In this document: positions 49,522-53,757 of the stretch, in pieces | How positions within the stretch are numbered: the first letter of the stretch is position 1 | Layout of the letters: every line of letters begins with the position of its first letter | From: an uncultured Planctomycetia bacterium | Lineage (GTDB): Bacteria; Omnitrophota; Gorgyraeia; Gorgyraeales; Gorgyraeaceae | Direction: 5' to 3' | Assembly: GCA_964652265.1 (NCBI GenBank) | Contig: CAZZAL010000006.1 | Location: forward strand, 1 to 53,757 | Length of the DNA: 53,757 nucleotides | Translations under genes and position numbers: made by a program | The notes under the pieces: model-generated | The model's input: the letters and a program-made list of their open reading frames with translations, nothing else | The model's database searches: none | What the model was told of the DNA's origin: nothing

Positions 49522-50121
49522 TTATTTTTTCTTTTTCTTCATGGTAGCTATGACTTCGTCTATAACACCATATTCTTTAGCTTCTTCAGCAGTCATAAAA
49601 TAATCCCTGTCTGTGTCCTTCTGTATCCTCTTTAGATCCTGACCTGTGTGTTTTGCAAGTATCTCATTGAGCCTGTCCCTCATCTTAAGGATCTCTTTTG
49701 CCTGTATGCTTATATCTGATGCCTGGCCTTGCACGCCTCCCCAGGGTTGATGTATCATAACCCTGGAATTTGGCAGGCCATGACGTTTACCTTTTTTGCC
49801 TGCTGCAAGAAGTACAGCTCCCATACTGGTCGCCTGGCCTACACAATAAGTGCAGATATCCGGCTTCACAAACTGCAGGGTATCGTATATAGCAAGTCCT
49901 GCTGTCACGTGTCCACCCGGGCTGTTTACATAGACATGTATATCCCTGTCTGCATCATCCTGCTGCAAGAAAAGCAATTGCGCGATAACAAGATTCGCGA
50001 TCATATCATCTATTACAGAGCCGATAAAAATCACCCTGTCTTTTAACAGCCTCGAATAAATATCATACGCGCGTTCCCCGCGGTCCGACTGCTCCACTAC
50101 GATTGGGACTAAGGTAGACAT
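49522..50121 (-). CDS. clpP: ATP-dependent Clp protease proteolytic subunit
   Basis: [19 protein letters not shown] (Ser), MIHQP (His), DRD (Asp). Confidence 0.98.
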   Translation of the reverse strand: MSTLVPIVVEQSDRGERAYDIYSRLLKDRVIFIGSVIDDMIANLVIAQLLFLQQDDADRDIHVYVNSPGGHVTAGLAIYDTLQFVKPDICTYCVGQATSMGAVLLAAGKKGKRHGLPNSRVMIHQPWGGVQGQASDISIQAKEILKMRDRLNEILAKHTGQDLKRIQKDTDRDYFMTAEEAKEYGVIDEVIATMKKKKK

Positions 50122-50135
50122 GTTAAACCTCCCTT

Positions 50136-51188
50136 TCAGGCGATCTTCGCCTGTTTTAGCAAAAACTGCATCACCTTCGCGTTACGCATATTCACTGCCA
50201 TTTCGTCCAACATGTGATTCTTCTCAAGCTGTTTTCTAATCTCATGCTTTGTCTTTTTATACTGAGCTGCCAATGCTTCAAGATGCTTTTCGATCTCTTC
50301 ATGAGTTATATGTATCTTCTCTGCCTGAGCGATCTTATCCAGTATGAAAAATGCCTTTACCTGGCGCAATGCCTGTTTTTCAGAATTCGATTCTAACTCT
50401 TTCTTATCTTTATCACTCAGTGTAAATTTTTTATCAGGATCTTGCTTTTTCTGCATTGCCTCCATATAGGAAATGCGCATGTTGGCATCTTTTAGTAATC
50501 TATTCTTCTCGGCTTCCACCAAAGACCCAGGCACTTCAAAATTCGCTCCTTGAATGATCTGATTGACTACCTGCATCTCCAGATCCGCCTGCGCCTGCTG
50601 TTCTAATCTCTGTCTCAAGTTCTGCCGTATAGCATCCTTTAACTTTTCTAGATTTTCAAAACCCATGTCCTTCGCAAAATCGTCATCCAGTTCAGGAAGC
50701 ACCTTTTCTTTTTGTTCGCTATCTTTTTTCGGAACATTCTGTGCTCCTGCTTCTCGCAGCGATTCAAGATTTTTCTGCACGTCCTCTTCCTTTACTTCGC
50801 TGGTTTTCTTTTTTAACCTCAGGCCCTTGTAATTCTTTAGAGAAACTTCCGGCCTTGTCTCGATGCTAGCCGTATAAGAAAATCCCTCTTTTAGATCAAG
50901 TTTTACCTCGCTTATATCAGGATAACCTATCGGGTCTAACTTATGCTGCTCTAAGATCTTTCTGTAAGTCTCAGGAACGAGATTTTTTATTACCTCCTCC
51001 TTGGCAGTCTTTGCATAGTGAAGCTCTAGTAAGTCACGCGGTGCCTTCCCGACCCTGTAGCCTGGAACACTGGCAACTTTTCCAATGCCTTCGTAGACTT
51101 TATTAAACTCGTCTTTCACCTTTTCAGGCGAAAGCTTTACCTCGAAGAGTTTTTTACAGTTTTTAAGCTTCTTGATAGATGACTTCAT
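50136..51188 (-). CDS. tig: Trigger factor lacking the FKBP PPIase domain
   Basis: PGYRVGKAP ribosome-binding loop, [10 protein letters not shown], SurA-like C-domain; upstream of clpP; only 350 aa. Confidence 0.9.
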   Translation of the reverse strand: MKSSIKKLKNCKKLFEVKLSPEKVKDEFNKVYEGIGKVASVPGYRVGKAPRDLLELHYAKTAKEEVIKNLVPETYRKILEQHKLDPIGYPDISEVKLDLKEGFSYTASIETRPEVSLKNYKGLRLKKKTSEVKEEDVQKNLESLREAGAQNVPKKDSEQKEKVLPELDDDFAKDMGFENLEKLKDAIRQNLRQRLEQQAQADLEMQVVNQIIQGANFEVPGSLVEAEKNRLLKDANMRISYMEAMQKKQDPDKKFTLSDKDKKELESNSEKQALRQVKAFFILDKIAQAEKIHITHEEIEKHLEALAAQYKKTKHEIRKQLEKNHMLDEMAVNMRNAKVMQFLLKQAKIA

Positions 51189-51206
51189 AGCACCTTTTCC
51201 ATGTTG

Positions 51207-51950
51207 TCACATCCTGAATTTTTCACCCAGATATATTTCGCGTGCCTTGGGATCCTTGATCAATTGATCCGCAGTCCCTGATATGAGTATCTTTCCTTCT
51301 GACATTATATACGAACGGTCTGTTATTTCAAGTGTTTCTCGCACGTTGTGATCTGTAAGGAGAATACCGAGTCCCTTGTGCTTAAGTTCAGCGATGATCT
51401 CCTGTGCGTCAGCCACTGCGATCGGATCGATGCCTGAGAACGGCTCGTCCAGCAAAATAAAAAGCGGGTTCGTCACAAGCGCCCTTGTTATCTCAAGTCT
51501 TCTTCTTTCTCCGCCAGAAAGCATGTATGCCTTTTTCTTCGCAAGTCGCGCAATATGTAACTCCATCAAAAGCTCTTCCAATCTCTTCTTTCTGACGCTT
51601 CGCGGAAGATCCAGTGTCTCAAGTATCGCCATTATATTTTCTTCAACAGTAAGTTTTCTAAAAATAGACGGCTCCTGCGACAAGTATCCGATCCCGTCTC
51701 GCGAGCGCTTATACATCGGAAGCCTTGTAATGTCTTTATTGTCAAAGATAATCCTTCCACGCTCGGGTTTTAGCATGCCAACTACCATGTAAAAGGTAGT
51801 TGTCTTTCCTGCGCCATTAGGCCCCAGGAGACCCACGATCTCGCCTCTTTTTATATTCATGTCCACGCCGGCTACTACCTTTTTCCCGTCATAGGACTTC
51901 TCAAGGCCTTTTATTTCCAGTAAATGTCCGTTAGTCTCTTTTTGATTCAT
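51207..51950 (-). CDS. lptB: LPS export ABC transporter ATP-binding protein
   Basis: GPNGAGKTTTF, QEPSIFRKL, LSGGERRR, DEPFSGIDP, TDHNVRETL, YLGEKF. Confidence 0.97.
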   Translation of the reverse strand: MNQKETNGHLLEIKGLEKSYDGKKVVAGVDMNIKRGEIVGLLGPNGAGKTTTFYMVVGMLKPERGRIIFDNKDITRLPMYKRSRDGIGYLSQEPSIFRKLTVEENIMAILETLDLPRSVRKKRLEELLMELHIARLAKKKAYMLSGGERRRLEITRALVTNPLFILLDEPFSGIDPIAVADAQEIIAELKHKGLGILLTDHNVRETLEITDRSYIMSEGKILISGTADQLIKDPKAREIYLGEKFRM

Positions 51951-52752
51951 TCTGAATCACCAGTTTTGGTCGTTTAGGTAATATCACACGCCCCTCATCT
52001 ACAAGATAGATCGCCTTTTCGCTGTATGTTATATTCTCGCCATTTACAATTCTTACATTCCCGCGTGCCACCACACACCTTATCCGCCTAGTCGTTGGAT
52101 TAAAATAAAGATCTATGCGGTCTGCGAATATATTGCCTTCTCTGTCTTTTACCTCTACATTATCAAGAAACGTCGCCCGATTCTTCTTGTAATTTATCTC
52201 TAAAGACCCATCGCATATTATCGTAGTCTTTTGTTTTTCGTCTGTAGTCTGTAAATAGTCAGGGGCCACTGATGTTATATTGGCTATCACATCCTTTTTT
52301 ACCTTAGCCTTTTTTTGCTCCAGATCCACCTCTGCGCCCTTGCCATTTACCTGGAAATCAGCCTTCTTCATAGTCACATCTTCTTCTGTAGATACATTTC
52401 TTGTCTCCGCGTCCCAGTCCAGTGAATCTGTGGTCAGCATAGTACCATCTGTTGTCTTTACCACCACGTTATCTTCAAGATGAACACTGCTCTTTTCTCT
52501 GTCAAAAGAACCTTTTTGTGCTTTTAGTTTAAGCGTTGTCTCTTCGCCAAAAGCCAGAGCAGAAACCTTATCTATGTTGACCTTGCCGCCTTCTATCTCT
52601 GCTGATTTGCCATTCAGCTCCCACTTTTTCGCTCCGCCGTCTTCATACTGCACGAGTGAAAACCCATCCACTGTCTGCTCTCCTTCTTGCGCGAAAGAGA
52701 AAGAAGCTATACTCAAACTTACCACGATTGCTAAAATAATCACTCTATGCAT
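51931..52752 (-). CDS. LptC/LptA-type tandem beta-jellyroll LPS transport protein
   Basis: Signal peptide, LptC-like half (WEL.G..A, LEDNVVV, LTTDSLDWD), LptA/OstA-like half (ATFLDNVEV, ADRI, ARGNVRI); upstream of lptB; start moved to ATG 52752. Confidence 0.75.
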   Translation of the reverse strand: MHRVIILAIVVSLSIASFSFAQEGEQTVDGFSLVQYEDGGAKKWELNGKSAEIEGGKVNIDKVSALAFGEETTLKLKAQKGSFDREKSSVHLEDNVVVKTTDGTMLTTDSLDWDAETRNVSTEEDVTMKKADFQVNGKGAEVDLEQKKAKVKKDVIANITSVAPDYLQTTDEKQKTTIICDGSLEINYKKNRATFLDNVEVKDREGNIFADRIDLYFNPTTRRIRCVVARGNVRIVNGENITYSEKAIYLVDEGRVILPKRPKLVIQNESKRD

Positions 52753-52759
52753 AAATCTA

Positions 52760-53659
52760 TTAAGGGCGAGTCTTCCATCTCTCATGAAACCAGACCCATT
52801 GCTCCGGAAACCTCCTTACGTAACTCTCTATGACCTTTGTGTATCTCTGGGTGTTTTCTAATATATCTTTTTCTCGATCCCCGGTAGCAGCCAGTTCGAT
52901 CGGCTTTCCAATCAAGATCTCATGGCCAAAACCTTTTCTTACCATAAAACAGGGAATGATCGGTACTTTTGTTAAAAAATTCAATACCGCTGGACCATTT
53001 GGTGTATATGCCTTACGTCCAAAAAAATCAACAAATACACCTGAGACACTTCTCATGTCCTGATCAGGCATCATGCCAATAAATTCATTTCTCCTAAGAA
53101 CCAGTAATACCTCTTTTGCCGAGGAATCTCTGTATAAGATATTAACGCCGTGGCGTTTTCTGACCCTTGCCAGGAATCTTTCGACCTGCTCCATCCTTAC
53201 GCGCCTTGCGATCACATTTACCTTGTAACCCTTTATCGCAAAATAATGCGCCATAAGCTCCCAGTTTCCAAAATGACCGGATAACACTATGCCGCTCTTA
53301 CCTTGCCTGATAAGCCCTTCTATTGTCTCGATGCCTTTACAGGCAATATATTTATCTATATTGCCCTTATTAAACTTGGCCAGGGAAATTACTTCGACAA
53401 AACTCTTGCCCAGATTTTCAAAGACCTCTCTAGCTATAAATCTTTTTTCCTCTATGGATTTGGAACCAGCGAAAGCAATATCCAGATTATCCAAGGCCCT
53501 TTTTCGTGCCTTTTTAAGCACGAAAAAGCATATCCATCCAAGGCCTCCTCCTATCTGCAGCCCAAACTTGATAGGCAGGATAAAAATAAAAAAACTCAGG
53601 ATCCTAAAGAGCGCATAAATAACAATACGGTGGGGCTTTTTCTTTGCCATAACCGCCAT
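52760..53659 (-). CDS. lpxL: Lipid A late acyltransferase (LpxL/HtrB family)
   Basis: HFGNWE, PDQ, VDFFG, PEQWVWFHERWK; start could be 53650. Confidence 0.9.
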   Translation of the reverse strand: MAVMAKKKPHRIVIYALFRILSFFIFILPIKFGLQIGGGLGWICFFVLKKARKRALDNLDIAFAGSKSIEEKRFIAREVFENLGKSFVEVISLAKFNKGNIDKYIACKGIETIEGLIRQGKSGIVLSGHFGNWELMAHYFAIKGYKVNVIARRVRMEQVERFLARVRKRHGVNILYRDSSAKEVLLVLRRNEFIGMMPDQDMRSVSGVFVDFFGRKAYTPNGPAVLNFLTKVPIIPCFMVRKGFGHEILIGKPIELAATGDREKDILENTQRYTKVIESYVRRFPEQWVWFHERWKTRP

Positions 53660-53709
53660 ATAGTATCATATATAGCTCCTATAAGTCAATAAAATTAGAA
53701 TGGATGATG

Positions 53710-53756
53710 TTACTATTTTAAAATGTTAAGAGTTATTACTATTTTGAAATGTTAAG
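53710..53756. repeat. Two 21-nt direct repeats (period 26)
   Basis: TTACTATTTTAAAATGTTAAG (53710-53730) and TTACTATTTTGAAATGTTAAG (53736-53756), 20/21 identical. Confidence 0.8.
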
Positions 53757-53757
53757 T

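Noticed and set aside
53710-53757. CRISPR array
   Set aside because: Only two 21-nt repeats with a 5-nt gap; no spacers and no cas genes.

Overview
Bacterial chromosome segment; every credible gene lies on the minus strand, co-directional with a 16S rRNA gene whose 5' part occupies positions 1-~370. The 16S 5' sequence, LPS genes and giant signal-peptide-bearing multi-enzyme ORFs suggest a diderm PVC-group organism, probably Candidatus Omnitrophota (inference, no search run). Most of the window is housekeeping: lpxL-lptC/A-lptB-tig-clpP, serine/purine genes, hppA, uppS-cdsA-dxr-rseP-ispG-proS, rimP-nusA-infB-trpS-scpAB, pheA-hisC-aroF-tyrA-plsC-ispH-rpsA-tyrS, rrn. Two accessory loci interrupt this backbone: 17.8-34.6 kb (2580, 2216 and 751 aa ORFs) and 0.7-3.2 kb (638+195 aa ORFs, probably one frameshifted gene). 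They look like parts of one system. (1) They encode normally cytoplasmic, cofactor-dependent enzymes: phosphoglucomutase + UDP-sugar pyrophosphorylase, PEP synthase + SAM methyltransferase, acyl-CoA dehydrogenase, and a Cys/Met PLP lyase. (2) All four carry a stereotyped signal peptide and an L-R-x-x-[ML] motif. (3) The two loci share a 21/22-identical promoter element. (4) The normally oligomeric enzymes carry a degenerate second copy of their subunit-interface domain in the same chain. Working hypothesis: a co-regulated family of exported, single-chain metabolic effector enzymes that act in a host or prey cytoplasm. Domain calls come from motif recognition by eye, and delivery into another cell is inference.
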